Virus record (IMG/VR): IMGVR_UViG_3300025108_000016
DNA length: 64,000 nt
Direction: 5' to 3' (one strand)
Origin: a virus
Below, one piece after another: positions 37,877 to 45,920 of the stretch. Position 1 is the first letter of the stretch. Every line of letters starts with the position of its first letter. The translations under genes were made by a program, and so were the position numbers. The notes below the pieces were generated by a model. The model made no database searches. It was not told the DNA's origin and saw only the letters and a list, made by a program, of their open reading frames with translations.

Positions 37877-38125
37877 ATGGATATTAAAATTTACACCACA
37901 CCTGGTTGCAAGTATTGTACTCAACTTAAAGAGTTAATTGTACGTGCAGACCTAGAGTATGAAGAGTTCCTGGTAAACACACCAGAACTTAAAGAGAACT
38001 TTAAATCAAAATATCCTGAGGCATCTACGTTTCCTTTTGTTATTATTGATGAAGAAGTGGTTGGTGGTTTGGTCGAAACTGCTAAGATGTTTGTGGTAAA
38101 TGGCCTTGTCAAATCTAGAAAATGA
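37877..38125 (+). CDS. nrdC: Glutaredoxin
   Basis: CKYC; TFPFV; VGG. Confidence 0.9.
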   Translation: MDIKIYTTPGCKYCTQLKELIVRADLEYEEFLVNTPELKENFKSKYPEASTFPFVIIDEEVVGGLVETAKMFVVNGLVKSRK

Positions 38126-38282
38126 TTCACCACAGATAAATAAAGGCACAGAGCTTATGCTCAGGAGAGAAAAAGTAACACCAGAAAAACGTGGTGTATT
38201 TTTTAATCAAACAATAACTTTCCTGAGAAAAACATTCCATTTCAAATTGGAATTTTCTTGGGATAAAATCCTTAAGGAGTAA
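38100..38282 (+). CDS. Hypothetical protein (start uncertain)
   Basis: ORF fills the gap in the operon. Confidence 0.55.
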   Translation: MALSNLENDSPQINKGTELMLRREKVTPEKRGVFFNQTITFLRKTFHFKLEFSWDKILKE

Positions 38283-38285
38283 GTC

Positions 38286-38507
38286 ATGCAGACATCCGTC
38301 ATTCTTTTTTTCTCAGGTGCGTTCGTATTTTTATCATTCGTAGTTGGTATTATTGCTGGTTGGCATCTTAATGATGTAATCTTTCAATTAACTAATAAGG
38401 ACGAACAAGATGGACACCCAGAGATGTATGACGCAAATGGAGTATGGATCAACGAAGAACTATTATCAGTACGTTTTGTAGACGAGGAGGAGGATGATCA
38501 TCATTGA
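38286..38507 (+). CDS. Membrane-anchored hypothetical protein
   Basis: N-terminal TM; HPEMYDANG. Confidence 0.75.
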   Translation: MQTSVILFFSGAFVFLSFVVGIIAGWHLNDVIFQLTNKDEQDGHPEMYDANGVWINEELLSVRFVDEEEDDHH

Positions 38508-39357
38508 CATGAATCAGATTATGATTAGTAATCTGATGGCACAATTGAAAAGCGACAAACTGAATGAAAAACTAGTACGACATATGGTACTAAGTTCTCT
38601 CAAAGCATATGAACAAAAGTATGGTGGGAAGTATGGCGAGATGGTTCTCGCCTATGACTCTAAACAATATTGGAGAAAGACTTACTTCCCATACTACAAA
38701 CAAAACAGAAAAAAAGACCGAGCAAAATCTGGTCATGATTGGTCAGCAATTTTTGATCTACTTAATAAAATTAGAGACGAGATCAAAACACATTTTCCGT
38801 ACAAAGTAGTAGAAGTTCTTGGCGCAGAGGCAGATGATGTCATCTCTACCCTGTGTAAAAACAAAGGTCCAAAAGAACTTATACTAATTCTATCTGGCGA
38901 CAAAGATTTCATTCAACTACAAAAATATCCTGGAGTTCATCAGTTCAATCCTGTAACTAAGAAGTTTATTGCTTATGATAATCCCCATGCTTTTATAAAG
39001 GAGCATGTCATTAAGGGAGACAAGTCAGACGGAATTCCTAACTTCCTATCACCTGATGATTGTTTTGTTAATGGAATAAGACAGAAACCTATTAGTCAGA
39101 AAAACTTATCAATATGGATCGAGCAAGACCCGACAAAGTTTTGTATTAACGATGCTCAGTTAGCAAACTTCCATCGCAATCGTAAGTTGATTGACTTTGA
39201 TTATGTTCCTGATGAAATTGAGTCCCAAATTTTAGATGAATTTAACTCCATAAATATTACAGGGAAACAAGTACCACTGGAGTATTTCCAGAAGCATCAA
39301 TTGAATGACTTGATGCAGGATTATTTCTTTCGCACTACAACAAGCTTTAAAAAATGA
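38494..39357 (+). CDS. rnh: T4-type RNase H (5'-3' flap exonuclease)
   Basis: IIIDMNQ, YWRK, EADDVI, SGDKDFIQL, GDKSDGIPN. Confidence 0.93.
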   Translation: MIIIDMNQIMISNLMAQLKSDKLNEKLVRHMVLSSLKAYEQKYGGKYGEMVLAYDSKQYWRKTYFPYYKQNRKKDRAKSGHDWSAIFDLLNKIRDEIKTHFPYKVVEVLGAEADDVISTLCKNKGPKELILILSGDKDFIQLQKYPGVHQFNPVTKKFIAYDNPHAFIKEHVIKGDKSDGIPNFLSPDDCFVNGIRQKPISQKNLSIWIEQDPTKFCINDAQLANFHRNRKLIDFDYVPDEIESQILDEFNSINITGKQVPLEYFQKHQLNDLMQDYFFRTTTSFKK

Positions 39358-39788
39358 AACTATTAGTATCTGAAGTGCTCCAAAAAGTGAGCAACGCGAA
39401 AACCAAACCACAAAAAATCAAGATCCTTCGCGACTATAATACTCCTGCCTTGCGATCTATTTTAGTAGCTAACTATGACGAGAGTATTATTTCTATGATT
39501 CCCGAAGGTGATGTTCCATACGTTCCTAACGATGCACCCAAAGGAACTGATCATAGTGTTCTAGAAAAAGAGTTTCGCCGTTTGTATTTGTTCTTTAAGG
39601 GTGGTAACTCTTCTTTGAAACAATCACAACGCGAAAACCTTTTCATTCAACTACTAGAAGGTTTGTGTGAAGAGGAAGCACAAGTGCTATGTCTCGTCAA
39701 AGATAAGAAACTACAGAAGAAGTATAAGATTACTCGCGCTTGCGTAGAAGAAGCGTTCCCCCAAATTAAATGGGGAGGTCGTTCCTGA
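39354..39788 (+). CDS. Conserved T4-like hypothetical protein
   Basis: PEGDVPY..RENLFIQLLEGL. Confidence 0.8.
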   Translation: MKLLVSEVLQKVSNAKTKPQKIKILRDYNTPALRSILVANYDESIISMIPEGDVPYVPNDAPKGTDHSVLEKEFRRLYLFFKGGNSSLKQSQRENLFIQLLEGLCEEEAQVLCLVKDKKLQKKYKITRACVEEAFPQIKWGGRS

Positions 39789-40039
39789 TGGGTAAAGGTT
39801 GTAAGATTCTTCATCAAGATTGTGACCCAACCTTAGGTCAAGATAGATCTCTTCCCTATAATAGTTTCTTGATTGAATATGTTGTAGCAGATCTTACGAA
39901 GTTTGATATTGCTTCTGGTGCTGGTCAAGTAGATATTTTTGATGACTATTGGGATAAATACCATAGTGATTTAATCAACATGACTCCCACCGAGGGTCGT
40001 GTCAATCCTAAAAACTGGAATCCGCCTAGCAAGTCATGA
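39788..40039 (+). CDS. Hypothetical protein
   Basis: DIFDDYWD..EGRVNPK. Confidence 0.7.
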   Translation: MGKGCKILHQDCDPTLGQDRSLPYNSFLIEYVVADLTKFDIASGAGQVDIFDDYWDKYHSDLINMTPTEGRVNPKNWNPPSKS

Positions 40040-40299
40040 GTATTACGGGTCAGCATAGTAGCACAACAAATACTTTTTGTATTCAGTATTGGAAACAAGG
40101 CGACTCTGCTAATCCAAAAGTAATGCGTCGTATAAATTCTGATGGCATGGTAGTGTCTGCAAAAACATATGACGAAGTATTCTTTTATTCAAACTTGCAG
40201 AAAGCATTTCCCGATGCAAAATGGTTGCAAGAAAATGGTTTTGATATTAAGATCAGAAAATGTAATCTAGCAAGAAATAATAAGTTCTGGTTGATTTGA
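40036..40299 (+). CDS. Hypothetical protein
   Basis: 87-aa coupled ORF. Confidence 0.65.
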   Translation: MSITGQHSSTTNTFCIQYWKQGDSANPKVMRRINSDGMVVSAKTYDEVFFYSNLQKAFPDAKWLQENGFDIKIRKCNLARNNKFWLI

Positions 40300-40628
40300 T
40301 GGGCGATCATTTTTTATTAAACTTATTTGGGTGTGACGAACAAAAATTAGATGACGAAACATTCATTAGAGAGACTCTTGACAACGCAGCATATTGTGCT
40401 AAGATGTCTGTGTTGAACGTTGCGTCACATAAATTCTATCCACAAGGAGTGACTTGTGTGCTTCTCCTTGCCGAGAGTCACATTAGCATTCACACATGGC
40501 CAGAAGAAGGCACTGCAGCATGTGATGTATACACCTGTGGCAATCCTAGTGATGCACGTTTGGCATGTGATGTGATTAGATATCAATTGTCTGCCCTGGA
40601 GCATGACATGCAGCATCTTAAAAGATAA
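40299..40628 (+). CDS. speD: S-adenosylmethionine decarboxylase family (pyruvoyl) proenzyme
   Basis: HKFYPQGVT..LLAE|SHISIHTWPE..DVYTCG. Confidence 0.9.
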   Translation: MGDHFLLNLFGCDEQKLDDETFIRETLDNAAYCAKMSVLNVASHKFYPQGVTCVLLLAESHISIHTWPEEGTAACDVYTCGNPSDARLACDVIRYQLSALEHDMQHLKR

Positions 40629-40634
40629 TAAAGT

Positions 40635-40679
40635 GTATCAAATAATACACTTTACATATTCTATATAATATGGTATAAT
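40635..40679 (+). promoter_or_regulatory. NtcA-like box abutting a sigma70 promoter
   Basis: GTA-TCAAATAA-TAC (40635-40648); TTTACA(40651)-17-TATAAT(40674). Confidence 0.65.
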
Positions 40680-40686
40680 TACCACA

Positions 40687-40918
40687 CGTTCATCCCCCGT
40701 AAGGAGGACGCAAGTAAGTCGCGGAACGGAGCCGTTCATCCCATGCTAGAACTATTATTCTATACAACACTCTCATGTACTCAAACTGATGCTATCATGC
40801 TGAAGATTGAGAACAATGCGAATCTATCTTCTGTCTTGAAGGTAGAGTTGATTGAGACCCTTAAGGACTCAGCACCAGAATGCCAGTGGTATTGGGACGC
40901 ACACGACTGAAGGAACGG
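40687..40918 (+). ncRNA. Tandem glutamine riboswitch (glnA/Downstream-peptide type) aptamers
   Basis: Two CGTTCATCC..GGACGC..GGAACG units (40687-40728 and 40732-40918); AGTCG/CGACT complementarity. Confidence 0.75.
40743..40910 (+). CDS. 55-aa ORF nested inside riboswitch aptamer 2 (not in ORF track)
   Basis: GGAG SD at 40728; MLELLFYTTLSCTQTDAIMLKIENNANLSSVLKVELIETLKDSAPECQWYWDAHD*. Confidence 0.6.
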   Translation: MLELLFYTTLSCTQTDAIMLKIENNANLSSVLKVELIETLKDSAPECQWYWDAHD

Positions 40919-40950
40919 GGATTAAAAACCCTAACTTCAGGAGACTGACA

Positions 40951-41118
40951 ATGAACACACTAAACATGATCAGAAAGCAGATCAAAAAAGTATCTGCTTT
41001 GCACGACGCACAGATTACACACACTTCATATCGTGGTGTTGAGTATACTACACGTTGTGTTGAATCAAAGGAAACCCATGGCACATTCTGCTATCGTGGG
41101 AAGACCTACAGCAAGTGA
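40951..41118 (+). CDS. DUF4278-like peptide (IF17/GifB N-terminal-like)
   Basis: Two YRG motifs (SYRGVEY, CYRGKTY); AGGAG SD; downstream of the glutamine riboswitch. Confidence 0.78.
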   Translation: MNTLNMIRKQIKKVSALHDAQITHTSYRGVEYTTRCVESKETHGTFCYRGKTYSK

Positions 41119-41135
41119 TAACTTACAAGTAATTG

Positions 41136-41171
41136 AGAAGGGTTGACACCCTTCTTTTTTTATGGTAACAT
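41136..41171 (+). terminator. Terminator with -35 in its loop plus downstream -10
   Basis: AGAAGGGT-TGAC-ACCCTTCT then T run; TTGACA-17-TAACAT. Confidence 0.8.
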
Positions 41172-41192
41172 AGGTGCATGGTAAAAACTCCT

Positions 41193-41354
41193 ATGGAAAA
41201 AAGTAAACTTAAATTAATTGTTCATAATCTAGAGTTACTAATAGAGTCATTAAAAACTGAGGTTTATTCTGATACTAGTTCATATCTACATGAAGATGTA
41301 GAAGGAAGATATAAATACGGTGAACAATATGACGATGATGGAGACCCTGACTAA
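41193..41354 (+). CDS. Small hypothetical protein (not in ORF track)
   Basis: MEKSKLKLIVHNLELLIESLKTEVYSD. Confidence 0.7.
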   Translation: MEKSKLKLIVHNLELLIESLKTEVYSDTSSYLHEDVEGRYKYGEQYDDDGDPD

Positions 41355-41533
41355 TGTATGAGGAACTAAACTCATTTGAAGAAGCACTTAAACACTTTGG
41401 TACAAGAGTTGAATACACTATTGCCATGGAAATGTCAAGACGTATCACTCCTGAAGATGCTTATCAAATGATCAAGGATGAACTCAAAGAAGTTAAAAAG
41501 TGTCGTAAACTATTCAACAAGGAGCAAGCATAA
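41354..41533 (+). CDS. Small hypothetical protein (not in ORF track)
   Basis: MYEELNSFEEALKHFGTRVE..EDAYQMIK; TAATG coupling at both ends. Confidence 0.7.
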   Translation: MYEELNSFEEALKHFGTRVEYTIAMEMSRRITPEDAYQMIKDELKEVKKCRKLFNKEQA

Positions 41534-41763
41534 TGTCATCACCACGCCAGAAAGATCCATCCGATCCACTCTATGATCCTAATGATAAATGGAATGAATA
41601 CAAGGTAGACTTTCATGCTAATGAAGAACACTCACCTGATGAGTGGGATCCAAAGACAGAAGGTAAGATTGCTGACCCACAGAACAGACATCAAGATAAA
41701 GTTCTAGATAAATTCTGTGATGACCACCCTGGTTCACCTATGTGTAAAGTATTTGATGAATAA
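41533..41763 (+). CDS. cp12: CP12 C-terminal-domain protein
   Basis: C-terminal FCDDHPGSPMCKVFDE matches the CP12 C-x8-C tail. Confidence 0.65.
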   Translation: MSSPRQKDPSDPLYDPNDKWNEYKVDFHANEEHSPDEWDPKTEGKIADPQNRHQDKVLDKFCDDHPGSPMCKVFDE

Positions 41764-41767
41764 TAAT

Positions 41768-42403
41768 ATGAATGTTAAACTAGTATCTGTCACTCCTGAT
41801 GCTGAGAAAATGATTGCTTACATTGCTAGAGTAAGTAATCCAAGCAATCAAAACAATGAAAAGTATGCAGGTCTACTGAAGTATTGTATCAAGCATGGTC
41901 ACTGGTCTGTGTTTGAGCAAGCACACATGACTCTTGAAATAAATACTAGCCGTGGAATTGCAGCTCAAATCTTACGTCATAGAAGTTTCACATTCCAAGA
42001 ATTTTCTCAACGCTATGCAGATACGAATCTCCTTAGTGAAGAGATACCTGTCCCAGATCTTCGATCTCAAGATCATAAGAATAGACAGAACTCAGTGGAT
42101 GATATCAGCCCCGAAAAGAAACTTGCATTACAAGGGACGATTGCAAGACATTTTGCCGAGAGCATTGATCTCTATAATGAGCTTCTGCGTCAAGGGGTTG
42201 CTAAAGAATGTGCTCGTTTCGTGCTTCCTCTTGCTGTTGGTACTCGTATTTTTATGACGGGAAATCTGCGTTCATGGATGCATTATATAGATCTAAGATC
42301 TTCTAACGGCACACAAAAAGAACACATGGATATTGCAAACGAATGCAAGCAAATTTTTATTGAACAATTTCCTATCGTATCCGAAGCAATGGAGTGGAAC
42401 TAA
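41768..42403 (+). CDS. thyX: Flavin-dependent thymidylate synthase
   Basis: HWSVFEQA; RHRSFTFQEFSQRY. Confidence 0.96.
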   Translation: MNVKLVSVTPDAEKMIAYIARVSNPSNQNNEKYAGLLKYCIKHGHWSVFEQAHMTLEINTSRGIAAQILRHRSFTFQEFSQRYADTNLLSEEIPVPDLRSQDHKNRQNSVDDISPEKKLALQGTIARHFAESIDLYNELLRQGVAKECARFVLPLAVGTRIFMTGNLRSWMHYIDLRSSNGTQKEHMDIANECKQIFIEQFPIVSEAMEWN

Positions 42404-42642
42404 TGCCTACATACCCTGTCATAAATAAATCTACTGGAGAAACACAGACACTCCACATGACCATGAAAGAATATTGTTCTTGGAAGGATGAGAATCCTGA
42501 ATGGGATAAAGATTGGTCGCAAGGTTGTGCTGGTGTCGGAGAAGTCGGAGACTGGCGTAACAAAATGAACAAGACTCATCCTGGATGGAGTGAACACATG
42601 AATAAGATGGCAAAAATGCCTGGATCACAGGTGGAGTGGTAA
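42403..42642 (+). CDS. Conserved hypothetical protein (FmdB-like N-terminus)
   Basis: MPTYPVINKSTGE. Confidence 0.7.
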   Translation: MPTYPVINKSTGETQTLHMTMKEYCSWKDENPEWDKDWSQGCAGVGEVGDWRNKMNKTHPGWSEHMNKMAKMPGSQVEW

Positions 42643-42645
42643 CCT

Positions 42646-43401
42646 ATGCCTAGATCAAGAAAGAAGACACAACCAGACATCAATGGTATGTCATCTAAAC
42701 AGATGAAGAGAAAGAAACCAATTAGTTCCGATTATCTTCTCAACATTGAACCACTGACAGACAATCAACGCTTGATGTTTGAGCAGTATGATGCAGGAAA
42801 AAATCTGTATACGTATGGTTGTGCTGGCACAGGTAAAACTTTCGTTGCTTTGTATCTAGCACTACGTGATGTTCTCAGTGAGTATACACCTTATGAAAAA
42901 GTATACATCGTTCGTTCTTTAGTTGCTACTAGAGAGATTGGTTTCCTACCTGGAACCCATGAAGATAAAGCATCTCTATATCAGATTCCATATAAAAATA
43001 TGGTACAGAGAATGTTTGAGATGCCAGATGATGCTTCTTTCGAGATGCTGTATGAGAACTTGAAGGCACAAGAAACTGTATCGTTCTGGTCTACATCATT
43101 CCTTCGTGGTACTACACTAGACAACTCTATTGTTATCATTGATGAGTGTCAGAACCTGAACTTCCACGAACTTGATTCAATCATGACACGTTGTGGTCAA
43201 GACACAAAGATCATGTTCTGTGGTGATGCTAATCAATCTGACCTACAGAAAAACAATGAGCGTAGTGGAGTCATTGACTTCCAAAAAATTATTGCTAATA
43301 TGCCAGATGATTTTGTTCTTATTGAACATGGTATCGAAGACATTGTTCGTTCGGGTCTTGTCAAAAACTATCTAATTGCTAAACTAAACTTGGGATTTTA
43401 A
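42646..43401 (+). CDS. phoH: PhoH-family ATPase
   Basis: GCAGTGKT; IGFLPG; LRGTTL; IIDECQN; DIVRSG. Confidence 0.95.
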   Translation: MPRSRKKTQPDINGMSSKQMKRKKPISSDYLLNIEPLTDNQRLMFEQYDAGKNLYTYGCAGTGKTFVALYLALRDVLSEYTPYEKVYIVRSLVATREIGFLPGTHEDKASLYQIPYKNMVQRMFEMPDDASFEMLYENLKAQETVSFWSTSFLRGTTLDNSIVIIDECQNLNFHELDSIMTRCGQDTKIMFCGDANQSDLQKNNERSGVIDFQKIIANMPDDFVLIEHGIEDIVRSGLVKNYLIAKLNLGF

Positions 43402-44114
43402 TGCGTAATCGAATGATGGGTTCTTCCCACACTTTTAATCATGTTGGGTTAGATCCCGTTGAGATGAATGCCGAAATGATTGATGGGAAAAGATACTACC
43501 TCACTCCTAGTGGAAATCAGTATCCATCTATCACGACAGTGATTGGAAACAATGCTAAGAAGCAAGCAGGTCTTGCTAAGTGGCGTAAGAGAGTTGGTCA
43601 AGAAGCAGCACAAGCAAAGTCTAGTCGTGCTTCAGGTAGAGGCACTCGTTATCACAAACTAGTAGAAGACTACATTAACAATGAGTTGGACACTACAAAG
43701 TATAAAGACATGCCTCTTCCTTGGTTAATGTTCCACGCCAGCAAGGATATTTTAGGTAAGATAAATAAAGTATACCTACAAGAAGCAGCGTTATATTCTG
43801 ATTTCCTTAAAGTTGCTGGTCGTGTTGACTGCATCGCAGAATACGACGGAGAACTCGCCATTATTGATTTCAAAACTTCTGCTGAACCAAAAAAAGAAGC
43901 GTGGTTGTATGATTATTATGTGCAAGAGACTGCCTATGCATGTTGTTTGCAAGAGTTGTACGGCATTACAGTTAAGAAACTAGTGACGATTGTTGCTTGT
44001 GAGAATAGTGATGTTCAAGTTTCAGTAGTTACTCCCAAAAAAGAATACTTCTTAAGACTTCAAGAGTACATCACCGAATACCAACAAAAGCATGGCAAAG
44101 AATTTAGAGGATAA
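43401..44114 (+). CDS. PD-(D/E)XK exonuclease (T4-like)
   Basis: YPSITTV; RGTRYH; AGRVDC..IIDFKTS; QETAY. Confidence 0.88.
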   Translation: MRNRMMGSSHTFNHVGLDPVEMNAEMIDGKRYYLTPSGNQYPSITTVIGNNAKKQAGLAKWRKRVGQEAAQAKSSRASGRGTRYHKLVEDYINNELDTTKYKDMPLPWLMFHASKDILGKINKVYLQEAALYSDFLKVAGRVDCIAEYDGELAIIDFKTSAEPKKEAWLYDYYVQETAYACCLQELYGITVKKLVTIVACENSDVQVSVVTPKKEYFLRLQEYITEYQQKHGKEFRG

Positions 44115-44340
44115 TTTTATGACCGCTGCGAGATTCTCGCAGGATGTGGAAAAACTAGTGTTAAATAATTCTGACATGAATTATATTGATGCAGTTATAC
44201 ATTACTGCGAAATGAATGAAATTGAAATTGAATCATGTTCAAAACTTATAAGCAAACCACTTAAGGAAAAACTTAAGTTCGATGCTCAGAAGTTAAACTT
44301 TATGAAGAAAACAAGTAGAGCTAAACTAATGCTAGTATGA
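44092..44340 (+). CDS. gp33: Late transcription coactivator gp33
   Basis: YIDAVIHYCE..KLISKPLKEKLK.DA. Confidence 0.88.
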   Translation: MAKNLEDNFMTAARFSQDVEKLVLNNSDMNYIDAVIHYCEMNEIEIESCSKLISKPLKEKLKFDAQKLNFMKKTSRAKLMLV

Positions 44341-44687
44341 GTAATTTTTTCCAATCAGAAATGGTTCGTGGGGACCTGCAAGAAATGGCGCAACTACAAG
44401 AATTTTGTATGCGTTCCATGATGACATTTCCTGTGCTGTCTACACAAAAACAACTAGACTATTTTAATGTTCTTGGTGATCTAATCGAGAAACAAAAGAT
44501 CTTCTACACCAGACTCATCCTTTCCGATGATGAAGAGGCAAGGGACATGGTAGAATCAATGAAAGATTCTGTCGTTCTCCTTGGCGGAGATCCATCCGAC
44601 GACATCATGGAGATGTTTGACGGACTCATTCTGAAGGTTGATAAACTTAAAGAAGAAGCAGAAAAGAGATTGGCACAAGGGGGTTGA
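44337..44687 (+). CDS. DUF1825-like hypothetical protein
   Basis: FFQSEMVR..LIEKQKIFYTRLILSDD. Confidence 0.75.
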   Translation: MSNFFQSEMVRGDLQEMAQLQEFCMRSMMTFPVLSTQKQLDYFNVLGDLIEKQKIFYTRLILSDDEEARDMVESMKDSVVLLGGDPSDDIMEMFDGLILKVDKLKEEAEKRLAQGG

Positions 44688-44712
44688 CGCTCCTCACCAG
44701 CTCTGTTATAAT
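44671..44712 (+). promoter_or_regulatory. gp32 promoter with upstream TGGCACA motif
   Basis: TGGCACA then TTGACG-17-TATAAT. Confidence 0.7.
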
Positions 44713-44777
44713 ATCTTTGTTGGGCAGCACAGTACTTAGCGTAAGACCCAACGTAAACCAAATCTAACAAATCTAAC

Positions 44778-45716
44778 ATGTCATTCGCAGATCTAAAGCG
44801 CAAGTCGCAGTCCAATTTTGATTTCCTCCAGAAGGAACTCACTAAGTCCTCTAATGAAGGAGGTGCTGATGAGCGCATCTGGAAAGCAAAACTTGACCCT
44901 TCAGGCAATGGTTATGCTGTTCTTCGCTTCCTCCCTGCTCCCGATGGAGAGTCTCTCCCATGGGCAAAAGTTTGGAGTCATGCTTTCCAAGGTCCTGGTG
45001 GTTGGTTGATTGATAACTGCCCCACAACTAAAGGTGAGCAGTGTCCTGTCTGCGCTGCCAATAATAAACTCTGGAACAGCGGAGTTGAAAGTGATAAAGA
45101 GATCGCACGTAACCGCAAGCGCAAACTCTCTTACTACAGCAACGTTTATGTTGTTACTGATAAGGCAAACCCTGACAACGAAGGTAAAGTATTCCTTTAC
45201 AAGTATGGTAAGAAGATCCACGACAAGATCCTTGCTGCCATGCAACCTGAGTTCCAAGATGAGACACCAGTAAATGTCTTTGATCTTTGGGAAGGTGCTA
45301 ACTTCAAACTGAAGATCAAAACTGTAGCAGGTTACTGGAACTATGATTCCAGTGAATTTGCATCTCCTGCTGCATTGAGTGCAGATGAAGATGAGATGGA
45401 ATCAATCTGGAAGCAAGCATACTCTCTAGAATCATACACTACTGATGATCAGTTCAAGTCCTACGAGGCACTTGACAACCGCATGGGTATGGTCTTGGGT
45501 CAAATCAGTTCACGTCCTGTGATCGAAGAAGAAGAGTACACTCCTGCTCCTGTAATGGATGCTTTCACTGAGTCTACTCCTGCTGTAGACTTTAATGCAC
45601 CAGACATCACTGCAACCAGCAATGTAACTAGTTCATCACCTTTCTTGGCAAAGTCTGATTCGTCTGATGACGATGATGCTCTGTCATACTTCGCTAAACT
45701 TGCTTCAGAAGATTGA
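44778..45716 (+). CDS. gp32: Single-stranded DNA-binding protein gp32
   Basis: GNGYAVLRFLP; HAFQGPGGW; CPVC; YGKKI; acidic tail. Confidence 0.95.
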   Translation: MSFADLKRKSQSNFDFLQKELTKSSNEGGADERIWKAKLDPSGNGYAVLRFLPAPDGESLPWAKVWSHAFQGPGGWLIDNCPTTKGEQCPVCAANNKLWNSGVESDKEIARNRKRKLSYYSNVYVVTDKANPDNEGKVFLYKYGKKIHDKILAAMQPEFQDETPVNVFDLWEGANFKLKIKTVAGYWNYDSSEFASPAALSADEDEMESIWKQAYSLESYTTDDQFKSYEALDNRMGMVLGQISSRPVIEEEEYTPAPVMDAFTESTPAVDFNAPDITATSNVTSSSPFLAKSDSSDDDDALSYFAKLASED

Positions 45717-45919
45717 TTAAGTATCTCTGGAAAGGTCTGACTCATCCAGTCACAATGATAAACCTTACGTTTGTTGGGATGCTGTTGGTGATTCAGATCG
45801 TTCACACTAAAGCACATCTTACTTTAGAATCAGACGTTCATGGTCATGCTTACAGAGTATTAAAAAAGAATCCACAACTAGCAACATCTGCTTGCTACAA
45901 AATGGGGTTTTCAAAATGA
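45713..45919 (+). CDS. Small membrane protein
   Basis: TM segment followed by HTKAH. Confidence 0.65.
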   Translation: MIKYLWKGLTHPVTMINLTFVGMLLVIQIVHTKAHLTLESDVHGHAYRVLKKNPQLATSACYKMGFSK

Positions 45920-45920
45920 T

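Noticed and set aside
39345-39357. TTTAAAAAATGA at the end of rnh as a frameshift site
   Set aside because: No X_XXY_YYZ heptamer in phase; ordinary ATGA coupling explains it.
40852-40950. N-terminal extension of the DUF4278 ORF from TTG 40852
   Set aside because: ATG 40951 has an AGGAG SD, and the extension runs through the riboswitch and nested ORF.
42600-42646. Pho box upstream of phoH
   Set aside because: No intergenic space or tandem PyTTAAPyPy repeats; phoH is embedded in the operon.
43401-44114. Cas4-like nuclease suggesting CRISPR
   Set aside because: It is the standard T4-like exonuclease next to phoH; I see no repeat-spacer array or other cas genes in the window.
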